A DNA stretch of 64,000 nucleotides from Octopus bimaculoides (Eukaryota), in assembly GCF_001194135.2 (NCBI RefSeq), contig NC_068987.1, positions 11,704,034 through 11,768,033 on the forward strand. The letters are read 5' to 3'. Both the position numbers and the translations under genes were made by a program. Under the pieces are notes generated by a model. That model searched no databases, was not told the DNA's origin, and saw only the letters and a list, made by a program, of their open reading frames with translations. Positions 40,700 through 54,513 of this stretch are shown piece after piece (the first letter of the stretch is position 1; the number at the start of each line of letters is the position of its first letter).

Positions 40700-43600
40700 A
40701 GAGAGAGAGAGAGAGAGAGGGGGTGGAGGGAGGAGTTGAGCAGTGAGAGTAAATGAGTATATATGTGTGTGTGTAGAGAGAGTAAAGAATAAAGGTAGGC
40801 CTTTCACCTGATACGCATCCTCTATCATCTTTGGTATTTCTACCATTCCAAGTATCCATCCTTTCTGTTGGTCCCCTCTGATTTGAAGGTAACTGTCTGT
40901 ATCATAGGGCTTGGTATCATGAATGCGGAGCTAATGGAAAAAAAGAATTGCAATTTACTTTTAGCCATTTCGTTACCATATTTCTTTTGAGATTCTCTGT
41001 GTTTCTTTCAATTAGTTTTAAATATGACAAAGAATTCAGTCAAATGACTGAAACAGGTAAAAGAATTTAAGAATACTATACACACCTGTTGTAAACACAT
41101 GCCATAAACACAACATCTAAACAATGTCTATATGGAGTTAGACAGACTTAGACCTGTCTATAGGCACAATGACTAGACAGACTTAGACCTGTGTATGGAC
41201 ACAATGACATGCTACTGACTCAATATGAAACCTAAAGCGCTTCTCTGAATATCTGGCACCCTAATCACCCCATTATGGCCTGACTCTCTGTTGGTTATGA
41301 TGTCAAGTGTTCTAGTTGATTTGATCATCAAACAACCTACCCTTGAAATTATTGAGCACTCCACAGACACGCTTACTCTTAATGTAGTTCTCAGGAAGAT
41401 TCAGTGCGACCCAGAATGGGACGAGGCTGACCCTTTGAATTACAGGTACTGTTCATTTTTGGTAGCTGATTGGACTGAAGAAACGAGAAACACGGTGTCT
41501 TGTTTAAAGACACAACGAACTACCAGGAATCGAACCCATGATCTTATGATCACGAACAGAATATCCTAACCACTAAGCCACATATCTTCTCATCAACTCA
41601 TTAACCTCCACTACTAATGACAACATCATCATCATCGCATCGTCATCATCATTTAACGTTTGTCTTCCATGCTTGTATGGGTTGGGTGGTTTGACAGGAG
41701 CCAGCTAGACAGAAGTCTATATCAGGATGCTGTGTCTAGTTTGGCATGGTTTTTATGGCTGGATGCTCTTCCTATCACCAACCATCCCGTTGACTGGACT
41801 GAGTGCTTTTTTTATGTGGCACCAGCACAGGCAAGGTCAGCTTTGACACGGTTTTTACATAGTTAAAAAAACAGAGAAAAACTGTCTTAAATTGTTATAG
41901 AAAATAAGATCTTACCTTTATGTTGAGTAAACCAACATTTCTTCCATAAATATTGTAGTAAAACTGTACACAATGGTCTTCTTTAGGGGCATCATATTTT
42001 GGAGACAATAATCGAGCTACTTCCTTTGGCTTTCGAGGACGTCGAGATGAGATATGCATGTAGTGGCCTTGAAGATATGCAATTTATTAAATTTAGCTTG
42101 ATGTTTTGGAGAGCAGATACAGTTTTTTTTTAAATAGCATTTATTGTTTTTTTTTTATATAGAAATATGGCAGATTGGTTTAGAAGCTTACTGTGCCAAA
42201 AGATGGTATCAGGTTCAGTCCTACTCCTTGGGCAAGTGTCAGTCACTTTAGCCAGTCATGGGCCAACTGATGCCTTGTGAGTGGATTTGCTAGACACTTG
42301 CCCAAGGTGCCATGCAGTGGGATTTGAAACTAAAACCATGGGCTTGCAAAGCAAGCGTCTTAACCATATAGTGTGGTTCTGTGATTAGAAGCTTGCTTCC
42401 CAGCCATATGGTTCTGGGTTCAGTCCTACTGCATGGCACCCTTGGCAAGTGTCTTTTACTATAGCTTTGGGCCAACCAAAACCTTGTAAATGGATTTTGT
42501 AGATGGAAACCAAAAGAAGCCTATTGCATATGTGTGTGTGTGCATTTATGTGTGTGTGTGTGTCTTTGTGTCCATGTTTGTCCCCCACCACTGTTTGACA
42601 AGTGGTTTTGGTGTGTTTACATCTTCATAACTTAGCAGTTTGGCAAAAGAAACCGATATAATAAGAACTAGGCTTAAAAAAGTAAGTCCTTGGGTCAATT
42701 TGTTCGACTTCATGGCCTACCAATGCATACGATACGTTTCTCTGCTCTAGGTGTCAGGAAGACACTCGGCAAAAAATGGAAACGTAATAGAAAGAAGATG
42801 CTAATGAAAATAATGATGATAATAATAATAATAATCCTTTCTACTATAGGCAAAAAGCCTGAAATTTTTGTGGGTGGAGGGAGGGATAAGTTGATTACAT
42901 CAACCTCAGAGCTCAACTGGTTCTTATTATTATCAACCCTGAAAGGATAAAAGGCAAAGTTGACTACAGTGGGATTTGAACTTAGAATGTAAAGATGGAT
43001 AAAATGCTGCTAAGCATTTTGCTTGGTGTGCTAATGATTCTGCCAGTTCACTGCCTTAACAACAACAACAACAATAATGATGGTTTCAAATTTTGGCACA
43101 AGGCCAGTAATTTGGGGGGAGGAGTAAGTAGATTATTCAACTGGTACTTATTTTATTCTTTTCTACTCAAGGTACAAAACCTGGAAGTTTTGAGGAGAGG
43201 GCCAGTCAATTAAATCAACTCCAGTACGCAACTGGTACTTAACCCATTACCTACCAGTGATCTCATATGAGATCACTTAATAATTACAAATTTCGTAATT
43301 ATCTGTCAATATTTACACATATCTAACCTTTTTGCTGTATCTTCTAGGTATATTTCTCTGATATTCAAATGAGGTTTGCTAATTTTTCACCCAATATCTT
43401 GCTTATTTCTATTTAAAATGTTATTTTGAAATGTTATTTTGATCATTCCAGCGTGTTTCTAAGGCTGTTTTATGCTAGAAATCAAAGTTTCATAAAAAAA
43501 ATTCCAGTTAATAGAATTATGGGAGGTAATGGGTTAATTTATCAACCCCCGAAAGGATGAAAAGCAAAGTCAACACCAGCGGAATTTGAACCCAGAACGT

Positions 43601-43982
43601 AAAGACAGACGAAATGCCTCTAAGCATTTTGCCCCACATGCTAACAATACAGCCAGTTTGTTACCTTAACAAAAACAACAACAATAATTAAAAATAAGAA
43701 TTTACTAACCTTTGCTTGATCCATATGTATGATCTTTATTAGGAGCTGTTGAAAACCTTGCGGAGTAGCCTGTTCTCCATATCCATTTAAAGTTGGCAAG
43801 GTTATCAGGTTGATAACCACATAAGCTTCGAGTTTCAAAATCACATTTGCCAATTGGTTCTGTCAGATTCACCAAAAGGAAAATAAAAATTAACAAATAT
43901 TTACATCGTTCATTTACAAAGCACATGACATCAGGAAAAGGAGACACAAACATACACTCACAGATATACATACATACATACA

Positions 43983-44014
<32 letters not shown>

Positions 44015-44678
44015 CATATATATATAATTATGTGTATTTCTTCTATCTTAATGAATAAAAATTCTTTGGATAGAATAAATGGGTTAATAGAAACCAATGT
44101 AGCAAAGAACACAAAATAACTGTGGTTTAGTTCCTGTCTTTAAGGCAGGAACTCCTTGAAATTTTGGGTATTTGAGTATATTTAAAAATTTAAGGAATGG
44201 AGAAAACACATGTTATAATTGCATACTTTATTCCTACATATGTTTCAAAGGATTACAACCTGTGTGATCCATAGGGATGTTTGATATTAAAATTTTAATA
44301 TCNNNNNNNNNNNNNNNNNNNNNNNNNNNNNNNNNNNNNNNNNNNNNNNNNNNNNNNNNNNNNNNNNNNNNNNNNNNNNNNNNNNNNNNNNNNNNNNNNN
44401 NNNNNNNNNNNNNNNNNNNNNNNNNNNNNNNNNNNNNNNNNNNNNNNNNNNNNNNNNNNNNNNNNNNNNNNNNNNNNNNNNNNNNNNNNNNNNNNNNNNN
44501 NNNNNNNNNNNNNNNNNNNNNNNNNNNNNNNNNNNNNNNNNNNNNNNNNNNNNNNNNNNNNNNNNNNNNNNNNNNNNNNNNNNNNNNNNNNNNNNNNNNN
44601 NNNNNNNNNNNNNNNNNNNNNNNNNNNNNNNNNNNNNNNNNNNNNNNNNNNNNNNNNNNNNNNNNNNNNNNNNNNNNN

Positions 44679-44757
<79 letters not shown>

Positions 44758-47700
44758 GCACACATATATATATATTCTTTATTCTTTTACTTGTTTCAGT
44801 CATTTGACTGCGGCCATGCTGGAGCACCGCCTTTAGTCGAGCAAATCGACCCCAGGACTTATTCTTTGTAAGCCTAGTACTTATTCTATTGTTCTCTTAG
44901 GCTGAACCGTTAAGTTACGGGGATGTAAACACACCAGCATTGGTTGTCAAGCGATGTTGGGGGGACAAATACAGACACACATGCACACACACACAACACA
45001 CACACACACACATACACACATGCACACACATACATATATATACATATGATGGGCTAACATTTCTTATTTCTTTATTGCCCACAAGGGGCTAAACATAGGG
45101 GGGACAAACAAGGACAGACAAAGGGATTAATTCGATTACCTCGACCTCAGTGCGTAACTGGTACTTAATTTATTTATCGACCCCAAAATGATGAAAGGCA
45201 AAGTCAACCTCGGCGGAATTTGAACTCAGAACGTAACACCAGACGAAATACCGCTAAGCATTTTGCCTGGCGTTCTAACATTTCTTCCAGCTCGTCACCT
45301 TAACACACACCTATGCTTATCAATGCAACGATAATTATTTTAAAGTAGCTTCTTACCTTTGCAGCTGTCACTTGTTAATGTGATGTCATCAATGGCTATA
45401 TTACCAAGGGTGTTTCCACCTTTGACACCTTCAATTATTATCTAAGGTAAAATAAAAAAATTAAGTAAAAATAAGTAAAAAAAAAACAAACAAACATCAA
45501 GCGTTACTTTGAGAAGATGATGATACAATTAAAAAAAAAAACAAGCTTATAGAACCTTTCTTAATTAGTCTTAAATTTTTGGCTTGAGGCCAGCACTTTC
45601 AGAGGAGAGGGTAAGCTGATTAGATTGATCCCAGTTCTCTACTGGTAGTTATTTTATCGATCCCTGAAAAGATGAAAGGCAAAGTCGACCTTGGCAGAAT
45701 TTGAACTCAGAATGTGAAGATGGAAAAAAATATCACTAAGCATTTTATCTAGTGTGCTAATGATTCTGCTGGCTCACAACATTAACCCTTTCGTTACTGT
45801 ATTTATTTTGAGATGCTCCATGTTTCTTTCAATTACTTTAAATATAACAAAGAATTTAGTAAAATAACTCAGTTATCATGAAGCTAGTGTTAAGAACTTA
45901 AATTGAGACTAAGGCTTGGTAGAAGATTTTAATTCAGAACTTATGAAAACAAGACATTTGTACTACAGAGCCAGAGCCGGTTTCACCCGGGTTGGTAACG
46001 AAAAGGTTAAAGTAAATTTAACTAAGTCTAAAATTCCATACAGAATAGAAATTCAAAATTTTATTTATTCATTGCGCCAAAAATACAGTAATTTTAATTT
46101 TTATTTTTAATAGAATAGAGTATTATATTAATTGATATAATGCCTTGTGAGAGCTTACAGTGAGGGCCCTGGGAAAGCNNNNNNNNNNNNNNNNNNNNNN
46201 NNNNNNNNNNNNNNNNNNNNNNNNNNNNNNNNNNNNNNNNNNNNNNNNNNNNNNNNNNNNNNNNNNNNNNNNNNNNNNNNNNNNNNNNNNNNNNNNNNNN
46301 NNNNNNNNNNNNNNNNNNNNNNNNNNGAGCTCTCTATAAGTGGACCTCTCTGTAGGTGGAGCTCTCTGTAGGTGGAGCTCTCTGTAGGTGGAGCTCTCCT
46401 TAGGTGGAGCAATCTGTAGGTGGAACATTCTACAGGGTGTCCACAAAGTCTGGGTACATGGGGATTAACACATGCTTTAAGAAATTATTATTTCTTATAT
46501 TTAATTGTTTATGTTATGATTTTATTTACTCCATGTACCCAGACTTTGTGGACACCCTGTAGAGATGGAGCTTTCTGTAGGTGGATCTCTGTGTAGGTAA
46601 TGGACTGGCTCTTGTGCGGGTGGCACATAAAAGACACCATTTCGAGCGTGGCCGTTTTCGTGCGGGTGACACGTAAAAGCACCCACTACACTCTGAGTGG
46701 TTGGCGTTAGGAAGGGCATCCAGCTGTAGAAACTCTGCCAAATTAGATTGGAGCCTGGTGTTGCCATCCGGTTTCACCAGTCCTCAGTCAAATCGTCCAA
46801 CCCATGCTAGCATGGAAAGCGGACGTTAAACGATGATGATGATGATGATGATGGAGCTCTCTATGGAGCTCTCTGTACGTGGAGCTCCCTGAAGAGGGAT
46901 CTCTAGATTTGTAAGGCAATTTAGCCTTGGAGAAGGCCACTCCAATGTCAAAACCTAAACATTTGCTGGTTTCTGCAACTGTTTTAGCCCACTCACCAGT
47001 GTAGTTAGAACTCAAAGTCTAAAGAGTAGGATCAGATTGTGCAGACTGACTCCCAACTTAGAATTAAGTGCAGGCATGAAGGAAAGCCCAGCAATACCGG
47101 CAATCAGATTACAAAGCCATTTGTAAGTGTGCCACTCTTCTTCATGACCTTTTGGTACAAAGAAACTGCCATCATCGTATAGGATGAGCAAATCATATTG
47201 TTTAGCCCAGATCAGCTTTAATCAAGCACACACATGATCAAAGGAAAACCAGCCATGACAATCCACCCTGATTTTTAGACATATCTATCTAGAACTATGT
47301 TTAAATACCAAACATACAGTACAACTAAACATAGTATATCCAGTGTGGATACATCATCTTTTATCTTTCGCTTGTTTTAGTCATTAGATTGTGGCCTTGC
47401 TGGGGCATCGCCTTGTAGAAAGGATGAATGGTAAAGTCAACTTTGATGGAATTTGAACTCAGAATGTAAAGACGGACAAAATGCCACTAAGCATTTTGCC
47501 CAGTACGCTAATGATTCTGCCAGCTCACCACCTTAATGTATATATTCTTTTCTTCTCTAGGCACAAGGCCTGAAATTTTTGGGGAGGGTGCCAGTTGATT
47601 AGATCGACCTAGTATGCAACTGGTACTTCATTTCTCAACCCAAAAAGGATGAAAGGCAAAGTTGACTTCAGTGGAATTTGAACTCAGAACGTAGGGGCAG

Positions 47701-50700
47701 ATGAAATACCACAAAGCATTTCACCCAGCATGCTCACTAGCTTAATGTATGTATTGATATTGACACTCTGTCAGCTGTGATGACGAGGGTTCCACTTGAT
47801 CCAGTCAATGGAACAGCCTGCTCATGAAATTAATGTGCATGTGGCTGAGCACTCCACATACACATGTACCCACAACATAGTTCACAGTGAGACTCAGCAT
47901 GACAGAGTGTGACAAGGCAGGTACTACTCATTTTTGAATTGCAAGTACTACTCATTCTTGCCAGCTAAGTGGAATGGAGCAACGTAAAATAAAGTGTCTT
48001 GCTCAAGGACACAACATGTTGCTGGGAATTGAACTCATGGCTTTATGATCATGAGCTAAATACCTTACCCACTAAGCCATGTGCCTTCACATACATTGAT
48101 ATGAAGAAGAAAATAAAAATAAAGGAATTTTATCATTTACTTATTTATTACCTTCATGTCTGTGGAATATTGTTCATCAAAGTTAATCTGTGCAAGGTGC
48201 CAGTTGGGTCCTTGGTCTGATCTTTTTGACCATACAGGGGAATTCGATCCAATTCCATACTGGATATAAACATTTAAATAATCAAGATGTTGTCCACGCA
48301 TGTTGTACCAAAACTTTAAACACCTTGTTCTGTTTTGTATTGGAGTATATGTAAAGAATAGCTGTGCTCTATTGCTGACAGATTGTCCCTGAGTATCCAT
48401 ATACAAGTAGTGGCCAGCTGAAAATACATAAACGAAAATATCAGAAAGAATTCAATTCCATATTTTATGGATTCATGGTAGATGTACGAAAATGAAGAAG
48501 GTGACCTCAAGACTGGCAAGAGATTTTATTTGCGGAAGATATAAGAAAAGTGCTTGAGGGCTGGCAGAACCAGTAGAAACTGAGAGAGTTTTGATACACT
48601 GGAGATATGGTGGATGTAAAATGGTGGATGTGAAGCAGCTGTGACAGCAAGAGCGTGACTTGGCTGGGTGAAGTTCAGGGAATGTAGAGCATTATTATAT
48701 AGGAAAAGGTTCTTGAAGATGAAAGTAAAGGTTTATCGGAGCTGCGTGAGATCTGTAATGCTGTATGGGAGTGAGACTTAGTGTATGGAGGAAAGCGAAA
48801 TGGCAGTTTTGAGAAGGACCGAGAGAGCAACAGTGAGGGCAATGTGTGGTGTGAAACTATTGGATAAAAGGAGGGCTGAGGACTTGATGGGGGATGCTGG
48901 GGCTGGAGGAATCAGTGGAACAGCTGGCAAGGGCGAATGGAGTGCGGTGGTATGTTGAGGAAGGATGAGGGTCATGTTTTGAGGAGAGTGCTTGAGTTTA
49001 AAGTGAAAGAACAGTGAAAGCAAGGTCGACCAAAGAAAACGTGGAGAGGGGAACAAGTGGAGGTGGATATTGGGAGGGTTGGCTTGAGGAGGGAGAATGC
49101 CCAAAACGGAGCCTTCTGTAATTACCCACAAAATATCTTGCATCAGTTACAAAGTTTTACATGCAGATGACAACAAAGACTGTGTTAGCATTCTATCTTC
49201 CAAGGAACATTTCAAAGAAATTGAAGAAACCATTTTAATCGGTCTGAAGAGAATGATATATTGATAATTAAGCATCCTCAATTATCCCTCATACTTTGTA
49301 TATTTTATTGATTTGGTTTGGAAGACAAGATAGAGCACATGACCATCTCATGCCCCCACCCCAAAATGCCAATGAGTTTGATTCCATTATCATTATCCTT
49401 GGAAGATAGAATGCTAACACAGTCTTTGTTGTCATCTGCATGTAAAACTTTGTAACTGATGCAAGATATTTTGTAGATGAAGTTTCTGTGAAACTGGAAG
49501 CTTCTGGTAGAAATGGTTCAGCTATATCAAACAAAAAAGACATTCTAAGCTTTTGGAAACTATAAGGATCGTTTAATGCAGGAATGTCAATGATTCCAGT
49601 CCTGCATTGAAGCAGTCATTAACACTAAGACAGATTCATAGAACAATCTTATCAAAAAGTCCATCAAGAATAGAACACAAATTTTTATTAAAATACGTTT
49701 GGTTTTTGCTAGATTTGAACTGTTTTATTAAATTACCAGCATGTCCTCAAATATCTCTCACACCCTGTTAACAATAATGTTAACAATAAATTTTAAAAAG
49801 TAAAAAAAAAAAAAAATTAACAAAAACATGGTATTTTCTTACATCCTGTTGTATGGTCTCCTTGAGGCCCAATGCTGTGGTTTGGAGTATAACCTTGTCG
49901 TAGCTTCCATTCAAAGTTGTCATTTTGACTTTGTGACCACATACACATTCCTTTTTCAAATGTGCACATCTCATCAACATCAGCTATTAAAGAGATATAA
50001 ATGAAACTAAACTAAATACTTTGATAATATAATTTACAAAACAGTTTATATGATTTATATTACAGCATTGGTTATATGAATATCTCAGAAACTTCAGTTT
50101 CTGTTTAGATTAAAATATTATGTGATATTCAGTGTTCATGGATGTTGAGAATAACATTTTACTCTTTACACTTTTACTTGTTTCAGTCATTTGACTGTGG
50201 CCATGCTGGAGCACCGCTTTTAGTCGAGTAAGTAGACCCCGGGACTTATTCTTTGTAAGCCTAGTACTTATTCTATCGGTCTCTTTTACCGAACCGCTAA
50301 GTGATGGGGACATAAACACACCAGCATCGGTTGTCAAGCAATGCTAGGGGGACAAACACAGACGCACAAACACACACACACACACACACATATATATATC
50401 TTTCAGCTTCTGTTTACCAAATCCACTCACAAGGCTTTGGTCGACCCGAGGCTATAGTAGAAGACACTTGNNNNNNNNNNNNNNNNNNNNNNNNNNNNNN
50501 NNNNNNNNNNNNNNNNNNNNNNNNNNNNNNNNNNNNNNNNNNNNNNNNNNNNNNNNNNNNNNNNNNNNNNNNNNNNNNNNNNNNNNNNNNNNNNNNNNNN
50601 NNNNNNNNNNNNNNNNNNNNNNNNNNNNNNNNNNNNNNNNNNNNNNNNNNNNNNNNNNNNNNNNNNNNNNNNNNNNNNNNNNNNNNNNNNNNNNNNNNNN

Positions 50701-53700
50701 NNNNNNNNNNNNNNNNNNNNNNNNNNNNNNNNNNNNNNNNNNNNNNNNNNNNNNNNNNNNNNNNNNNNNNNNNNNNNNNNNNNNNNNNNNNNNNNNNNNN
50801 NNNNNNNNNNNNNNNNNNNNNNNNNNNNNNNNNNNNNNNNNNNNNNNNNNNNNNNNNNNNNNNNNNNNNNNNNNNNNNNNNNNNNNNNNNNNNNNNNNNN
50901 NNNNNNNNNNNNNNNNNNNNNNNNNNNNNNNNNNNNNNNNNNNNNNNNNNNNNNNNNNNNNNNNNNNNNNNNNNNNNNNNNNNNNNNNNNNNNNNNNNNN
51001 NNNNNNNNNNNNNNNNNNNNNNNNNNNNNNNNNNNNNNNNNNNNNNNNNTTTGAAGTACATTTCTCCATATCTCAGGCGAGCCTGTCACCTCCAGCATCA
51101 ACACCACACGCTAATAGTTATCTATTTAGTTAGCTACTTATCAGTATATGGCTTGTCTGCATATCATGGATTCACATACTCCAGGAAACAGAAGGAATAA
51201 TTATTTACATTATTTACATCATTTACATTTGATGGATATTTGTCCTCATTTTGTTTGTTGTTAACACATTTCGGCTGATATACCCTCCAGCCTTCATCAG
51301 GTGTCTTGGGGAAATTTCGAACCTGGGTTCTCATTCCTAAGGTATTATTGTTATTAATGATATTGTTATTATTATTATTATTATCATTATTATTATTCAG
51401 GTCACTGCCTGGAATCGAACTTCGATGTTGTTGTTGTTGTTATAATAATAATAATAATAATAATAATTATAATAATTATTATTATTATTCAGGTCACTGT
51501 CTGGAATCGAACTCGGAATCTTGGGGTTAGTAGCCCATGCTCTTAACCACTATGCCATATGGAATAATGTTTCATATTCAAACTCACAACCATGTCACAG
51601 GTAAGTTTAAATTAACATTTTTCTTCCAACTCTGACACCTTCTTTTAGTTCAGTGATCTCATTCATATCTTTCAGCTCCCCTCAACTCAATTTTCCTCTT
51701 CACCTTCACTTAAAACGTTTCTCCTCTTCTTTTCATTCTTGCTTCTTTCTACCTCCCTCATCCAGTTTCTCTTACCTTCTACTTCCTGTCTACGTAGAAA
51801 GCTCATGGTGTATTGTGTTCCTCATCAGTTGCAGCCAGTTTATCAAACATACAGAAGCTAAAACTCTGCTATCTCACTTTTGTTTCTCTCCTCCCAACGT
51901 TACCCTGAAGAAAGATTTTTGTCTGAAACGTTGGATATTTCACTCCCCATGGCAATTTCCTTATATTCTTTCTGTCATTTTTTCCCTAAACTAGTGTGAC
52001 AGCTAAAATAATTATGACTTCTGTTTTAGACATTTGTAATTATTCAATTATTTAGATGAGCATAATGAAGGCATAAAAATTGAAAGAATATCTAGAAACT
52101 AAAAAAAGAAAATTGTTTTCATGTTCATAACTTAGCTATGACTTACTATCAATTATGTTCTTTATCGTTGTTGGTGGACTTTGAGTTGTTGGCTTGAAAT
52201 ATGCTTGTGCTCGAGATGGAAAGAATGAACAAGACTGTGGGATAGTATAAATATCATCAATTGCGATATCACCTCTGAATGAATTTGTAGAGCCTTCAAT
52301 AACAACCTGTGAATTAGAAAATTTTTAACATTTTCAAAATTATATCATGAAGTTCTATGGAAATTTAAAAAATGAATACATCTTTATGTTGCTTATGACA
52401 AAAAAGAAAAAAAAATTACGTGCTTCAGCATGGCCAGTGCCAGGGCTGCAATATATAAAAGAACAAAAGAATGAAAAATTATACATACATACATACATAC
52501 ATACATACATTTGTATGTACATACATATGTATGCGCATACATACATTCACACATACATATATGATGGCTGTCCACTCGTGACCAAAGAAGACCATTGCTG
52601 ACCTTTAGGAACATTGTGCACTCAAGGATTAACTTATATTTTGCATTTGCAGCTCCCTTGGTGGCTAATGAGCCCTGCTCTTGACAAGCATACACGACAG
52701 CAAACATTGCAAACCAAGCTTTCCCCATTCACTATGCCAGCAGGGCGCTTTTGAGCAGCACACTTAAATACTTCATTGACCCCTCCTTAACCTGCTTCCT
52801 CCATCTGTGGCTATGACAGGCGTTGTTCTCCCAGTCAGTCTCCTGCATATCACAGGCCTTTAATAAGGACTTGACACAGTCCTTAAATCACCGCCTTGGT
52901 TTCTGCTGAGGTCTGCATACATACATACATACATACATACATACATACATACATACATACATACATACATACGTATATGCATACGTAAAGCTAAAGATCA
53001 GAGAAAAAGAAAATACCTACACTGAACTATTCTTTTCTACTCTAGGCATAAGGCCTGAAATTTTTGGGAGAGAGGCCAGTCAATTAGATCAACCCCAATA
53101 TGCAACTGGTACTTAATTTATCGACCCCAAAAGGATGAAAGGCAAAGCCGACTTTGGCAAAATTTGAACTCAGAATGTAAAGACAGACGAAATACTGCTA
53201 AGCATTTTGCCCGGCATGCTAACATTTCTTATTTCCTTTTTGGTCACAAGGGGCTAAACATAGAGGGGACAAATAAGGACAGACAAAGGGATTAAGCCAA
53301 TTACATCGACCCCAGTGCATAACTGGTACTTAATTTATCAACCCCAAAAGAATGAAAGGCAAAGTCAACCTTGACAGAATTTGAACTCAGAACGTATCGG
53401 CAGATGAAATATCGCTAAGCATTTTGCCCGGCGTGCTAACGTTTCTGCCAGCTCGCTGCCTTCCATATCTCACATATTGAGAATAAAATAGCATCACAAA
53501 GGTTATGGTCTAGTAGAGCTTAAAGAGAATTAAAGATGACTAACTCTGTAATAACAAATGTGCTTGAGCAAGCAACTACTCAGACATACACAACTTCCAA
53601 AGAGTTTCAAAAACATTTTGAAAATTCACATAGGCCCAGGAGTGGCTGTGTGGTAAGTAGCTTGCTTACCGACCACATGGTTCCAGGTTCATTCCCACTG

Positions 53701-53799
53701 CGTGGCATCTTGGGAAAGTGTCTTCTACTATAGCCTCGGGCCAACCAAAGCCTTGTGAGTGGATTCGGTAGACGGAAACTGAAAGAAGCCCGTCGTATA

Positions 53800-53856
<57 letters not shown>

Positions 53857-54467
53857 ATGTCTGTGTTTGTCCACCCCAACATCACTTGACAACCGATGCT
53901 GGTGTGTTTACGTCCTCGTAACTTAGCGGTTCGGCAAAAGAGACCGATAGAATAAGTACTAGGCTTACAAAGAATAAGTCCTGGGGTCGATTTGCTCGAC
54001 TAAAGGTGGTGCTCCAGCATGGCCGCAGTCAAATGACTGAAACAAGTAAAAGAGTAAAAGAGTAAAAAAAAAATGTGTTTACCCTGTATTCCTTCTTTGA
54101 AGTAATTAATGGTATCTTCCCAATCTGCCAAGTTTTTCCTTGATTTCCTTTCAGAGTCCACATCAATATCTCTTTCTGATCAGAATCTTGAATGTATATA
54201 TTTAGTTGGCCAATACCACTACCATACATGTTATACCAAAAGAGGAAGCAAGGTGTGAATCCATTGTTTGTTAGCAGTTCACTAACTATTCGTACTTTCT
54301 CCATTCTGCGCAGATTAGAGGCCTCAATGTACATATAACTTCCTGTGATGAAGAACATTTAGTGAAAATTTTAGACACATAAATCATATATGTATATGTG
54401 TGTGTGTACATATACATACATACTTATATACACACATATATATATATATATATATATGCACACACAC

Positions 54468-54513
<46 letters not shown>

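Noticed and set aside
42295-42450. Head-to-head family A fragments, as a second case of systematic inverted dimers
   Set aside because: The copies are short and diverged with no clean symmetric junction; chance adjacency is likely for so abundant a family.
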